Source: Patescibacteria group bacterium
Lineage (GTDB): Bacteria > Patescibacteriota > Minisyncoccia > Phycocordibacterales > PALSA-1337
Length of the DNA: 64,000 nt
Direction: 5' to 3'
Assembly: GCA_038065395.1 (NCBI GenBank)
Contig: JBBTRB010000006.1
Span: 19,493-83,492, forward strand
Shown: positions 18,152-31,542 of the stretch, in pieces
Numbering within the stretch: the stretch's first letter is position 1
Layout of the letters: each line of letters opens with the position of its first letter
The notes under the pieces: model-generated
What the model saw: the letters and a program-made list of their open reading frames with translations, nothing else
Database searches by the model: none
What the model was told of the DNA's origin: nothing
Made by a program: the position numbers and the translations under genes

Positions 18152-18844
18152 ATGAGCACTCTTCTTTATGCGGCATTGGCAGGTATTGTCCCCTCTTTGG
18201 TATGGCTCTTCTTCTGGACTCGCGAAGATATCGCACATCCAGAGTCACGCATGATCCTCACCGTATCCTTTTTCGGGGGCATGATAGCGGTTGTGGCGGC
18301 AATATTAGGGGAAAAGTATGTGGCAGACATCTTCACTGACACACAGAGTCGCTATATTGCCTGGGCTGCCATAGAAGAAGTCGTCAAACTCCTTGCGGTC
18401 GTGATATGTGCCCTTCTTAGTAGTCAGAACGATGAGCCTATCGACGCCATGATCTATTGCATCACCGTGGCACTGGGGTTTGCGGCACTCGAGAATACCC
18501 TTTTTATCACCACACCACTCCTCGAAGGTAACGTCTGGCAAGGAGTTGTTATGGGTAATATGCGTTTTATGGGGTCGACTCTGGTCCACGTGGTAAGCTC
18601 TGCACTTATCGGATTTGCCTTGGGCTGGACATTCTACAGAGGATACCTAGCCAAGATCATAGGCCTCATCGTAGGCTTGGGTCTTGCGATCACCTTCCAT
18701 TCAGCTTTCAACCTCTCTATCATCGCTGGTGGAGCTACCAATACCCTTCGCACCTTCGCCTGGGTATGGGTCGGAGTAGTAATCCTGATCATGTTATTCG
18801 AAGAAGTAAAAGTTGTTCACCGTCGACTTCGTTCTCAAGGATAG
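18152..18844 (+). CDS. prsW: PrsW-family intramembrane metalloprotease
   Basis: HPE, IEEVVK, GFAALEN, HxxSS and HSAFN motifs. Confidence 0.88.
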   Translation: MSTLLYAALAGIVPSLVWLFFWTREDIAHPESRMILTVSFFGGMIAVVAAILGEKYVADIFTDTQSRYIAWAAIEEVVKLLAVVICALLSSQNDEPIDAMIYCITVALGFAALENTLFITTPLLEGNVWQGVVMGNMRFMGSTLVHVVSSALIGFALGWTFYRGYLAKIIGLIVGLGLAITFHSAFNLSIIAGGATNTLRTFAWVWVGVVILIMLFEEVKVVHRRLRSQG

Positions 18845-18885
18845 GGGTATGCTATACTAAATAAAATTAAAATATTGTTATACAT

Positions 18886-19371
18886 ATGAGCAAAGAAAAG
18901 AGATCTTTTTTTGAGAGACTGACAGGAACCATCCGAATGGATGAGGACACTGCCCCTGCAAAATCAAAAGTCGCTCACCGAGACACTTCTCCTGACGAAG
19001 AAGTAGCAACATCCTCCTGGATCGACGAAGAAGCAGAGAAGGAGGGTGAGCTCACTGTCGATGTATACCAAACTCCCGAGATGATCATCATCAAGAGTAT
19101 GATCGCCGGTGTGCGCCCTGACGATCTCGATGTAACGATCGCCCGTGACGTAGTCACCATTCGTGGCAAACGCGAAGAAGAGCGCATCTCCAACGAAGAC
19201 GACTACTATGTCCGCGAGCTCTACTGGGGTTCATTCTCTCGCACCATCCAACTCCCCGAAGAGATCGACGTCGACGAAGCCGAAGCAGTTGAGAAGCATG
19301 GCCTTTTGATATTGAAACTTCCTAAACTCGACAAGAAGAGATCTTCGAAGCTCAAAGTCAGGACGGTGTAG
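18886..19371 (+). CDS. Hsp20/alpha-crystallin small heat-shock protein
   Basis: VDVYQT, ELYWGSFSRTIQLP, GLLILKLPK. Confidence 0.93.
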   Translation: MSKEKRSFFERLTGTIRMDEDTAPAKSKVAHRDTSPDEEVATSSWIDEEAEKEGELTVDVYQTPEMIIIKSMIAGVRPDDLDVTIARDVVTIRGKREEERISNEDDYYVRELYWGSFSRTIQLPEEIDVDEAEAVEKHGLLILKLPKLDKKRSSKLKVRTV

Positions 19372-19458
19372 CTCTGCTATCTATAGATATATATTACAAA
19401 TTGAAAAAAGGTCATTCGCAATATTGATCTTGAATTTTTTTGGGCGTACACTTTGTGT

Positions 19459-19998
19459 ATGAATAGCACACTCTCTACACTAGAAAAGATCGGTGGATGG
19501 ACTTCCACTCTCCTCCTTGGAAAAACCAAGGAGATCATCATTCGTACGGACGAACGGGTTCAAAGTCTCATAAAAATAACTGATGGACTCAGGAAAGATC
19601 TTGACGACGGCTTGAAAGAAGTCCGTGGCTCTATTCATAACCTCGCCTTGGATGTTCGTGCATTGCAACTACATACGAAATACGGCGTTGCCAACAGTCC
19701 GATCGTCCCTGCCGAAAACGGCAAGAAACTTCTGGAGGATTCTGGTTTCAACACAAAAGTCTTCCCTATCATAGAAAGGGAGCTCTTTTCACTCATGGAC
19801 TCCGAAGGTCTCCGAACTCTCTACGACTACGAAAAAGGCGCCTTCCTGGCACTCATGGAACTCAAAAAAATCCCTGCTATGGACCCTCTCAAGGACCATG
19901 CCGTCAACCATCCAAACGAACCTCTCGAACTCATCTTTGAGGTAGCTTCGTGGGTTATACGAGATAGATATGCGGAATATCTCAAAAACAAAAAGTAG
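19459..19998 (+). CDS. Hypothetical protein with short coiled coil
   Basis: Intact ORF filling the hsp20-gyrB gap; no motif recognised. Confidence 0.65.
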   Translation: MNSTLSTLEKIGGWTSTLLLGKTKEIIIRTDERVQSLIKITDGLRKDLDDGLKEVRGSIHNLALDVRALQLHTKYGVANSPIVPAENGKKLLEDSGFNTKVFPIIERELFSLMDSEGLRTLYDYEKGAFLALMELKKIPAMDPLKDHAVNHPNEPLELIFEVASWVIRDRYAEYLKNKK

Positions 19999-20007
19999 AG
20001 ATGTAAC

Positions 20008-22140
<2,133 letters not shown>

Positions 22141-22217
22141 TTATACCTAGAGTATACCAGAAATCATGTTGCTATGCACGTGCATATATGAGCCAAATGT
22201 GGCCTATTTTATGAGTC

Positions 22218-22517
22218 TTATATACCCGCAGCCTGTAATCTATTTTCATGATCGTCTACCCTTCCTTCAACCATCTTAATCCCATCTCTAATACCTCTAT
22301 TATCGTCTTTCATCCCTTCAATGACCGCGCCAACATGACGATTGTTTTCTTCTTGATGATATAATTTCATATTTTCCATCGCCCCATCCATAGTTTCATG
22401 CATCATGATCCGTATCTCTCGAATAATCTCTATCTTTTGTTCTTTCATTTCTGTACGAAAAGAATTTAATTCTTTCGTTAAGTACCTCTTTGTAACAATA
22501 TCCGAATCTTTGATCAT
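22218..22517 (-). CDS. Small coiled-coil hypothetical protein
   Basis: AT-rich ORF with heptad pattern; similar in style to 32606-32935. Confidence 0.7.
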   Translation of the reverse strand: MIKDSDIVTKRYLTKELNSFRTEMKEQKIEIIREIRIMMHETMDGAMENMKLYHQEENNRHVGAVIEGMKDDNRGIRDGIKMVEGRVDDHENRLQAAGI

Positions 22518-22641
22518 ATTGAATAAAAAAAATTAGCGATAATAGTCTGGCAGATGAGATAATTGTAACAACAAAAAATACCTGTACAAGTTCACAGGTG
22601 TTCGAAAGTGTTTTCTAATAGCTATTTATAGATGGCACCCC

Positions 22642-23775
22642 TTACCTCAACACTGCCCCGAGTTCACTCGCCGTCCTCTCGCGAATCTTGTCTTGGATCT
22701 CGTTGACTTCGTCGTTGGTCAGAGTCCTTTCGGGCGAGCGATATATGATCCTGAAGGTATGACTGACTTTACCAGCGCCAAACTTGGCGGGATTTTCAAA
22801 GGTATCGAGATGCGTGACTTCTTCGATGAGATTGCCGGCATATTCACGTACGATCTCGTAGTAGTTGTTGAGGGCCACGTCTTTGTCCACGATAAATGAG
22901 ATATCACGCAGAGTCGGTGGGTATTTGCTGACTTCTTGGTATGTTTGACCGAGCTTGAGTTGCCTCGTCACGCGTTCATCTGTAGACCAGAGAAGTCGGA
23001 TGTCGGGCAGAGACATCGAAGAGATCGCCAGACGCTCGAGACCAAACCCGAAGGCCCATCCATTGTACCCTTCGAGACCGCAGTTTTTGAGCACGGTCTT
23101 GCGTGCCATACCGCAACCAAGGAGCTCGATCCAGCGACCGTTGATGAAGGCTTCCATCTCAAAACTTGGGTCTGTGTATGGAAAATTGTGGTCGTAGAAT
23201 CGGAATTCGACAGCATCACCGAATATGCTACGAGCGATCTCTGAGAGTGCCGCCTTGAGCTCTTCAGGAGTAATAGTTTTCACCTCATCTGGCGCAAGAA
23301 GTAGACCGCCGAACTGATGGAACACGTTCATGTGTCGACTGTCGATCTCGTCTTTGCGATAGACTTTGCCGTAACAGATCGCGCCGAGTGTTTCTTTGCG
23401 TGCAATCCTCTCTTTGATCTCGGGAGTATTGAGATAGTAGTACCAGAACACTGTGTCATGAGTACGCAGGACGTTTTTCTCGTCGACATAGTAGGTATCC
23501 GACTTGCTACGTGCTGGGTGCCCTTCAGGCATATTGAACAGGTCAAATAGAATGTCGGTTGGGACAATCTCGGGGATATTGATCACATCGAAACCACTGA
23601 GACTCTTGGTCTTCGAGGCGCGATCCACTATCTCTTTGAGTGGGTTGCCTTCAGATCTTGAAAGATCTGGCATTGCCACATAGCGTTTGAGACGGTTCGC
23701 ATCGGCGTCGGTGCGGGACGAGAGACTGCCTATGAGTCTTTTTTCTTCGGAACGGTCGATATTGATGATTGCCAT
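22642..23775 (-). CDS. pheS: Phenylalanyl-tRNA synthetase, alpha catalytic domain fused to FDX-ACB anticodon-binding domain
   Basis: GHPARSKSDTYY, YRKDEIDSRH, FPYTDPSFE, AFGFGLERL, then SKYP..RDISF...YRS.ERTLT..EVN. Confidence 0.93.
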   Translation of the reverse strand: MAIINIDRSEEKRLIGSLSSRTDADANRLKRYVAMPDLSRSEGNPLKEIVDRASKTKSLSGFDVINIPEIVPTDILFDLFNMPEGHPARSKSDTYYVDEKNVLRTHDTVFWYYYLNTPEIKERIARKETLGAICYGKVYRKDEIDSRHMNVFHQFGGLLLAPDEVKTITPEELKAALSEIARSIFGDAVEFRFYDHNFPYTDPSFEMEAFINGRWIELLGCGMARKTVLKNCGLEGYNGWAFGFGLERLAISSMSLPDIRLLWSTDERVTRQLKLGQTYQEVSKYPPTLRDISFIVDKDVALNNYYEIVREYAGNLIEEVTHLDTFENPAKFGAGKVSHTFRIIYRSPERTLTNDEVNEIQDKIRERTASELGAVLR

Positions 23776-23794
23776 AATGAAACGTAGTTTATTA

Positions 23795-24505
23795 TTACTC
23801 AATATTGTAGGTCAAGGTATTAAGTAACCCAAAAACAGCAGTTCTCCCTAGGGCATCAGTCCTAATAATGTAAGAGATTCCATTGTGTCGTGAAATGATC
23901 TGCACGTCTGTATCTGCAACTTCTACATTTTTTCCATTAATCATTTTTTGATGTGTACCAATTACAATTTGTTTTCTGTATAGATTTTCCAATAATCCAT
24001 TTGCTGGCGACTCAATAACCTTAACGGTATTATTTGATATTTTCTGAAATTCTATTACTCTTTCCTTCCATGACTCATCAGATTCTTTTACTGCCATTAC
24101 CGATGCTTGATGCGCGTCAACTTTATACCAATCAACGGATTGCTTACATGTTGGTAACGATGATGTCGAAGTAGAATATGTGTTATAAATAATCACAAAA
24201 TCCTCCGTCCCATCACTTTTCAACAATTTTGTACCTTGTAAAGAATCGTTACATGCCAAAACAGAAAAAGGAGGTTCTGTATGGTAGAAACTGTATTTAT
24301 AAGAGATATTTGAATATTTTACAGATTGAGGTTTGTTTGTCTTGTCTGGCTGATTAAGCTCCTGACCATCAAACCGTTCTGAGATATTTTGCTCATTACG
24401 TGTAGCATATAAATATACACCTATTCCTAAAACAATTAAAACAAATACTCCCAGCAATAATATTGATGTTGAACCTTTTTGTAGATTTTTCATATTATTC
24501 TTCAT
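23795..24505 (-). CDS. Membrane-anchored hypothetical protein (AT-rich, next to tRNA-Thr)
   Basis: QKG followed by a hydrophobic helix; KYSN..Y.YSF..; visibly lower GC than neighbours. Confidence 0.7.
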   Translation of the reverse strand: MKNNMKNLQKGSTSILLLGVFVLIVLGIGVYLYATRNEQNISERFDGQELNQPDKTNKPQSVKYSNISYKYSFYHTEPPFSVLACNDSLQGTKLLKSDGTEDFVIIYNTYSTSTSSLPTCKQSVDWYKVDAHQASVMAVKESDESWKERVIEFQKISNNTVKVIESPANGLLENLYRKQIVIGTHQKMINGKNVEVADTDVQIISRHNGISYIIRTDALGRTAVFGLLNTLTYNIE

Positions 24506-24555
24506 ATTAAACTTTAATCCTAAACTCTACCTTCTTTTTCCTTCTATGTTTCCTG

Positions 24556-24628
24556 AGCCACCTCCCAGACTTGAACTGGGGACCTTCGCTTTACAAAAGC
24601 GTTGCTCTACCAACTGAGCTAAGGTGGC
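24556..24628 (-). tRNA. tRNA-Thr(TGT)
   Basis: Reverse complement GCCACCT...CGCT-TT-TGT-AA-AGCG...AGGTGGC-T. Confidence 0.93.
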
Positions 24629-24648
24629 ATGTATACCCTACACGAACT

Positions 24649-25029
24649 CTACTTGCCTCTACTGGAAATACGTCGCAGGTACAAGGACGCGCCATGCTTC
24701 TTGACCTCACCACGACCTCGAACGGCGTCGAGGATCTTGCGACCGTGGGGATTTTGGAGGGTGCGATGCTTGACCTCTACGTATACCCTGCGGACATGTA
24801 CCAGTGTATGAAATGCAATGAGCTGTCCCAGGACGATCAGTGTTCTACGGTTGGCATAGGATATCCAGCGGCCAACACGAGAAAAGATAGCATGAAATAT
24901 ATGATCTGTCCCGCTCCCTACGCGAGACACGATCGTGGGATGACCAGTTTTGTGCTCGCGCCCCTTGAGCAGAATCATGCACATGATACCCGCCAAAGAC
25001 ACATAAAAAACAGCGATGAGTGTGTACAT
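24649..25029 (-). CDS. Small basic membrane protein, hypothetical
   Basis: N-terminal TM helix, co-oriented downstream of tsf. Confidence 0.65.
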   Translation of the reverse strand: MYTLIAVFYVSLAGIMCMILLKGREHKTGHPTIVSRVGSGTDHIFHAIFSRVGRWISYANRRTLIVLGQLIAFHTLVHVRRVYVEVKHRTLQNPHGRKILDAVRGRGEVKKHGASLYLRRISSRGK

Positions 25030-25049
25030 AGGGAGAGGTATATTATACC

Positions 25050-25637
25050 TTAACGTTCGAGAACCTTGAAGCGCGCGAATCGGGCCACAGCGACCTTCTC
25101 GCCGAACTTCTGAGTGGCAAGATCGAGGAGTCCCTGGACGGTAATGTCAGGATTCTTGACGAATGGCTGGTTGAGGAGGACCATCTCGGCGAAATATGCG
25201 TCGAGTTTGCCTTCCAGGATCTTGGAACGCATTGGCTCTGGCTTGCCTTTGACTTCTGCCTCGAAGACTTCACGAGCGGTTTTCTTGTCTGCTTCGGTGA
25301 TATCATCTTTGCTGGTGAACTTTGGGTTGGTGGCAGTGACATGCATAGCGATATCACGAGCGATCGTCTTGAACTCTTCGTTATTGGAGACAAAGTCCGT
25401 CTCGCAGTTGAGCTCAACCATAGCTCCGAGTGAGCCGTTGGCATGGATATATGCCTGTACGACGCCAGCAGCAAAAGTGCGGTCACCCTTCTTTGCGGCG
25501 AGTTCGCCACTCTTCTTGCGAAGGATAACGAGCGCCTTGGCGGAATCACCCCCCGCTTCTTCGAGAGCTTTCTTGCATTGCATGACTGAGACACCTGTCT
25601 GGTCGCGAAGTTCTTTGATTTGTTCGGTAGTTATCAT
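25050..25637 (-). CDS. tsf: Elongation factor Ts (short form)
   Basis: IKELRDQTG.S.MQCKKAL, ELNCETDFV; start MITTEQ at 25637. Confidence 0.96.
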   Translation of the reverse strand: MITTEQIKELRDQTGVSVMQCKKALEEAGGDSAKALVILRKKSGELAAKKGDRTFAAGVVQAYIHANGSLGAMVELNCETDFVSNNEEFKTIARDIAMHVTATNPKFTSKDDITEADKKTAREVFEAEVKGKPEPMRSKILEGKLDAYFAEMVLLNQPFVKNPDITVQGLLDLATQKFGEKVAVARFARFKVLER

Positions 25638-25786
25638 GGATGATGTAGTTGGTTTTGTTTCTAAAGGTTGTGGTGATACGTGCATCGCCTGAGCAAGAGT
25701 GGCCTTTTTTTCGGAAATATCGGCGAAGGTTCCTCTGTGTTTCCGCCTACCCAATAGTATGAATGGGCTGATCATGCTCGTCAGGG

Positions 25787-26479
25787 TTATGCAACCTTCT
25801 TGGCTGCTTGATAGGCACGCGATATCTCTTCGGCAAAGAACTGGATACTGGTCTTTGCAGCATCGTTGCCTACGATAGGATACTGAACCTCAGATATATC
25901 ACAGTCTGAACTTGCCAATGCGATAACAGGAACATTCATGTCTTTGGCTTCTTTGAGGGCGATCTTCTCGTGACGAGGGTCGATAATAAAGAGGGCGTCG
26001 GGCTGTTTCTTGAGAGAAACGATGCCGAGGAACATCTTCTCGAGAGAAGCGATCTCTTTGTCGAGGAGCATACGCTCACGCTTGGTGTATTTCAAAAGTT
26101 CGCCCTTTTCGCGATCTGAGGTGAGTTTCTCATAACGTTCGATGCGCTTGCGGATCTGACCAAAGTTGGTGAGAGTTCCTCCGATCCAGCGACTGTCTAC
26201 GTATGGCATGTCGAGAGACTGTGCGATGATCTTGATAGCACTAGAGGCCTCTTTTTTGCCACCTACAAAGAGGATGGTCTTGCCTTCTTTGGCGAGGGTT
26301 GCTACGAAATCTGTTGCTTTCTGGAGAAGTGGAGTGGTCTTTTCGAGGTCAAAAATGTCTGTACTGTTCTTGGTACCGAAAATATAGGTTGCAATAGTCG
26401 GATGACGGCGGGAACGGCCCAAACCAAAGTGCGCTCCGGCCGAAAACATCGTATCGATAGTCTTTGTGGTTGTTGACAT
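25787..26479 (-). CDS. rpsB: 30S ribosomal protein S2
   Basis: AGAHFG, RWIGGTLTNF, GNDAA. Confidence 0.97.
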   Translation of the reverse strand: MSTTTKTIDTMFSAGAHFGLGRSRRHPTIATYIFGTKNSTDIFDLEKTTPLLQKATDFVATLAKEGKTILFVGGKKEASSAIKIIAQSLDMPYVDSRWIGGTLTNFGQIRKRIERYEKLTSDREKGELLKYTKRERMLLDKEIASLEKMFLGIVSLKKQPDALFIIDPRHEKIALKEAKDMNVPVIALASSDCDISEVQYPIVGNDAAKTSIQFFAEEISRAYQAAKKVA

Positions 26480-26525
26480 AGGTAGGTAATAACTTATCAG
26501 AATAGTGTAGGTAAGTCAATCCAGA

Positions 26526-27509
26526 TCACTCCTCATCCTCGGCTTCCCCACCGGTTTTGCCGGTTTTCTCGAATTCATGGAGAGCTTCGATGACGGGGGC
26601 TAGTTTGCCACTGAGGATGATGGGGAGATTGTACCAGGATTGCTTGATACGGTGGTCGGTGACGCGGTCCTGAGGATAGTTGTAGGTACGGATCTTCTCT
26701 GAACGGTCGCCAGTACCGATCTGCCCCTTGCGGTCGGCAGAGAATTTCTTGGCCTCTTCGGCTTCTTTGAGCGCTTCGAGCTTGGATGTCAGGAGCGCCA
26801 AGGCACGTTCACGGTTGGCGTTCTGACTGCGCTCTACGGTCGAACGAACATCAAGACCTGTTGGTTTGTGTATGAGACGCACGGCACTTTCGACTTTGTT
26901 GACGTTCTGACCTCCTTTGCCACCGGCACGAGAGAATTCCATCTCAAGGTCAACAGGGTTAATGACGAATTTGGACTTTTTGCGGATCGGCATGATAGCG
27001 ATCGAGGCGGTCGAGGTATGAATGCGACCCATTTTCTCGGTCTCTGGCACACGCTGAACGCGATGAACGCCCGTCTCCCAACGAAAATCCTCATATACGC
27101 CTTTGCCCTTGAGCTCGAGGGATGCTTCTTTGTAACCACCGATATCATTCTTGGACTCTTCGATGATGCGCGCTGACCAGCCTTTACTTTCCGCGTATCG
27201 CTTGTACATATCGAGGAGTTCTGCCGCGAAAAGCGCCGCCTCGTCACCTCCTGCCCCGGCACGGACTTCGAGGATGACTTCGTTGGGCTTCTCTTCTTCT
27301 TGTTTGTCACCTTCGAGGATCTCGTCCATCTGTTTCAAGAGAGAAGACTTCTGGTCGACAATAGACGACAAATCTGCCTCACCCATCTCTTTGAGCGAAG
27401 GATCTTTCTCTATCATTGTCCGGACTTCCTGTTCATCCTTGAGAAGCTTTTCGTACATTCCGGCCAAGAAAGAGGTCTTGGGGTTGGATTTGTAGATTTC
27501 TAAGTTCAT
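26526..27509 (-). CDS. prfA: Peptide chain release factor 1
   Basis: AGAGGDEA, PET (PxT) motif, GGQNVNK, DRSEKIRTYN; start 27509 preferred. Confidence 0.95.
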   Translation of the reverse strand: MNLEIYKSNPKTSFLAGMYEKLLKDEQEVRTMIEKDPSLKEMGEADLSSIVDQKSSLLKQMDEILEGDKQEEEKPNEVILEVRAGAGGDEAALFAAELLDMYKRYAESKGWSARIIEESKNDIGGYKEASLELKGKGVYEDFRWETGVHRVQRVPETEKMGRIHTSTASIAIMPIRKKSKFVINPVDLEMEFSRAGGKGGQNVNKVESAVRLIHKPTGLDVRSTVERSQNANRERALALLTSKLEALKEAEEAKKFSADRKGQIGTGDRSEKIRTYNYPQDRVTDHRIKQSWYNLPIILSGKLAPVIEALHEFEKTGKTGGEAEDEE

Positions 27510-27597
27510 AGATTTAAGATGTAAGAAGTATGATTTAAGAATAAATCGCATTCATACAAACATGTTGCGTCATTCTTAAATCCTAAATCGTAAATCT
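27510..27597. repeat. Inverted arrays of 7-bp repeats (GATTTAA / TAAATCn)
   Basis: gatttaa-gatgtaa-...-gatttaa facing ttaaatc-ctaaatc-gtaaatc; same element at 58759-58834. Confidence 0.75.
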
Positions 27598-27850
27598 ACT
27601 TCTTCGCCTTTGCCTGACGAGTCTTGAATTTCTCCACGCGACCTGCAGTATCGATAGTCTTGTCTTGGTTGGTATAGAAAGGATGTGATGCAGAAGAGAT
27701 TTCTACATAGTGAACTGGGTATTCCTTGCCATCTTTGGCCTTGAGGGTGTCCTTGGTCTTGATAGTTGAGGAGATCACAAACTGTGCACCACTGGAATTG
27801 TCGGCAAAAAGCACCTGGCGATAGTCTTGTGGGTGGATGTCTTTCTTCAT
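27596..27850 (-). CDS. rpmE2: 50S ribosomal protein L31 type B
   Basis: [25 protein letters not shown]; no Cys. Confidence 0.96.
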   Translation of the reverse strand: MKKDIHPQDYRQVLFADNSSGAQFVISSTIKTKDTLKAKDGKEYPVHYVEISSASHPFYTNQDKTIDTAGRVEKFKTRQAKAKK

Positions 27851-27947
27851 ATAAGTGGTAAAAATGTAGCATTTCCTGATAAAAAAGGCAATAGGTAAGA
27901 AAAACCACTTCGATTCTGTACCGAAGTGGTATGCGCAGGAGAAAAAA

Positions 27948-28526
27948 TTAATTTTCTGTAGTAACCCGCCAGGTTCGAGGGGGTAAATTATGCCTTCTCC
28001 TCAAATAGTCTTCAAATGTAAACCACCCTCCATCACCCATGGTGACCAAAGATTCCATATGATAGGTAAACCTAGACATCAACCCACCTTTAACTTCTTT
28101 ATCTTCGGTGCCCCCTGTAGTCGAATCGAACATTAACCGAGCGCACCTGATCATTCCATCAGTCTCACTTTCTTGCTTTTGAAGTGGTACATTGAATGTC
28201 GTAAACTCTGACCCCCCTGGATAATTCTTCCCATGAGAGACGTTTACACTTTTCACACCCAGAGTCATAGATATAGCGAAAAAGAAACCCGTAGTCTCTC
28301 TGCTCTCGAAGCAAGAATGGGATTCTGATTTTCGTCGCAACCGAACACGAACATCGACAGTCCGAGGATGGTATATACTCGAACTAATATTCAGACTATC
28401 GAGTAAAAATTCTTTGCCTTGGTAACCAGGGTAAGGACTTGGATCATAGTAAATGTCGAAACAGTCACTGATCCCTTTCCAGTCACAGGATTTCACCGTG
28501 ATACTACGTACTTTCTTATTTTTCAT
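27948..28526 (-). CDS. Hypothetical protein (ORFan cassette)
   Basis: Intact ORF; TTGACA upstream (28645-28640), hairpin plus T tract downstream (27901-27930). Confidence 0.6.
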   Translation of the reverse strand: MKNKKVRSITVKSCDWKGISDCFDIYYDPSPYPGYQGKEFLLDSLNISSSIYHPRTVDVRVRLRRKSESHSCFESRETTGFFFAISMTLGVKSVNVSHGKNYPGGSEFTTFNVPLQKQESETDGMIRCARLMFDSTTGGTEDKEVKGGLMSRFTYHMESLVTMGDGGWFTFEDYLRRRHNLPPRTWRVTTEN

Positions 28527-28727
28527 TATGTCTTTCTACTGCTCACGCAACTCATCGCTTTATGCGACAAGTGATCAGCATTCAAGCCAATTCTTCTACA
28601 AGCAGTTCTAGTATAGATTTAACATTTAATCGAGAATCATGTCAATCACTTACACTGATTATGGCCTACAAGTATTTATTTCCCCACCCTCCCCGCACCA
28701 CCTTCCTGCTATAATAAATGGAAACAT

Positions 28728-29903
28728 ATGCAACTCCGTCCTGATCCCAAGAGCCATGTCATCTACACGATCGCGGTGATCGGTTTCATCTTCACTTTGC
28801 ATCTGGCGATACCGATATACTCGAACTCGAGCTTCCTGGCACTCTTCACCGATGCACGCACGATCGGCTGGATATATATGGCAGGTGCAGCAGCAGGCAT
28901 TCTTGGATATCTGCTGGCACCTTGGGTGATCCGCAAACTCGGCAACCATGTCACTTCGATCGCTCTGATCTGTATACAAATCGCTCTTATGTACGGATTC
29001 ATCTCGGCGACCTCGATAGAAGCACTGGCCATACTCTTCGCACTCCAAACAGCAGTGGGGTCACTGATCAGTTTGACGCTCGACATTTTCCTCGAGGTGT
29101 ATACCGACGGCCACAAGGTAGGTACGATCCGTGGTCTCTATATCACTACCCTCAATGCCTCATGGGTGATCGCGCCACTCCTCGGTAGTATGCTCATCGG
29201 CGCAGGTGACAACTATCGCAATACCTATGTAGCGGCTCTGGCGATGCTGTTCCCTCTCCTCTATCTCGTGTATCGCAACTTCCCACGATTCAAAGATCCT
29301 CATTACAAACATTTTTCGCCATGGCAACTGATGGCGCGTATTTCTTCGAGCAAAAACTGGGTTAGACTTTTTAGTGCCAATATTATCTTGCAGACATTCT
29401 ATGCCTGGATGGTGGTGTACAGCCCGATATATCTGCACCAGCATGTCGGGTTCGATTGGGATGAGATCGGTATTATCCTGACGATCATGCTGTTGCCGTT
29501 CGTCTTGATCCAATATCCTCTCGGTCAGTTGGCAGACAGAAGATATGGGGAAAAGGAGATCATGGCGATCGGATTTACGATCATGGCAGTAGCCACTGCC
29601 ATGCTTCCATTGATCTCTTCCAACAGGAGTGTGGCCCTCTGGGCATTTGCACTCTTCATGACACGCGTCGGGGCAGCAGCCGCCGAGATCATGATCGAAA
29701 CCTACTTCTTCAAGACGGTGTCTATCCAAGATTCGGGCATGCTCGGGTTCTTCCGTATCACTCGACATGCTTCGTATTTCATTGCCCCTCTCATAACAGT
29801 GATCGGTTTGATGTTTACGGATTCAACATATTTGTTTACAATTGTCGGCGCAGTCTGCCTCGTGGCGCTGTACCCGGTTCTCACTATCAGAGATACGAAC
29901 TAG
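28728..29903 (+). CDS. MFS transporter
   Basis: About 12 TM helices, G.LADRRYG motif. Confidence 0.9.
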   Translation: MQLRPDPKSHVIYTIAVIGFIFTLHLAIPIYSNSSFLALFTDARTIGWIYMAGAAAGILGYLLAPWVIRKLGNHVTSIALICIQIALMYGFISATSIEALAILFALQTAVGSLISLTLDIFLEVYTDGHKVGTIRGLYITTLNASWVIAPLLGSMLIGAGDNYRNTYVAALAMLFPLLYLVYRNFPRFKDPHYKHFSPWQLMARISSSKNWVRLFSANIILQTFYAWMVVYSPIYLHQHVGFDWDEIGIILTIMLLPFVLIQYPLGQLADRRYGEKEIMAIGFTIMAVATAMLPLISSNRSVALWAFALFMTRVGAAAAEIMIETYFFKTVSIQDSGMLGFFRITRHASYFIAPLITVIGLMFTDSTYLFTIVGAVCLVALYPVLTIRDTN

Positions 29904-29911
29904 AGTATAAT

Positions 29912-31379
<1,468 letters not shown>

Positions 31380-31408
31380 GGACAATATACATATACGTCA
31401 ATACATAC

Positions 31409-31434
31409 AAAAAGACCCCGATAAGGGTCTTTTT
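31409..31434. terminator. Bidirectional terminator
   Basis: aaaaagaccc-cgataa-gggtcttttt. Confidence 0.8.
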
Positions 31435-31458
31435 GCTCTATACCCGCCTTATCTATGA

Positions 31459-31542
31459 CTATGCATGAAAGGCAGGAGTTGTTTGTTCTGGCACCTGTGT
31501 TTCAGGTGCTGGAGCTGTCTCTTGTGGTTTCTTTTTTGCCAT
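31459..31542 (-). CDS. Putative 27-aa peptide MAKKKPQETAPAPETQVPEQTTPAFHA
   Basis: Below the ORF-track cutoff; CAT-ATG start context like groS/groL; TATAAT upstream; ends before the bidirectional terminator. Confidence 0.4.
   Translation of the reverse strand: MAKKKPQETAPAPETQVPEQTTPAFHA

Noticed and set aside
24571-25053. 160-aa plus-strand ORF with CxxC
   Set aside because: Starts inside tRNA-Thr and is antisense to a more plausible co-oriented gene (24649-25029).
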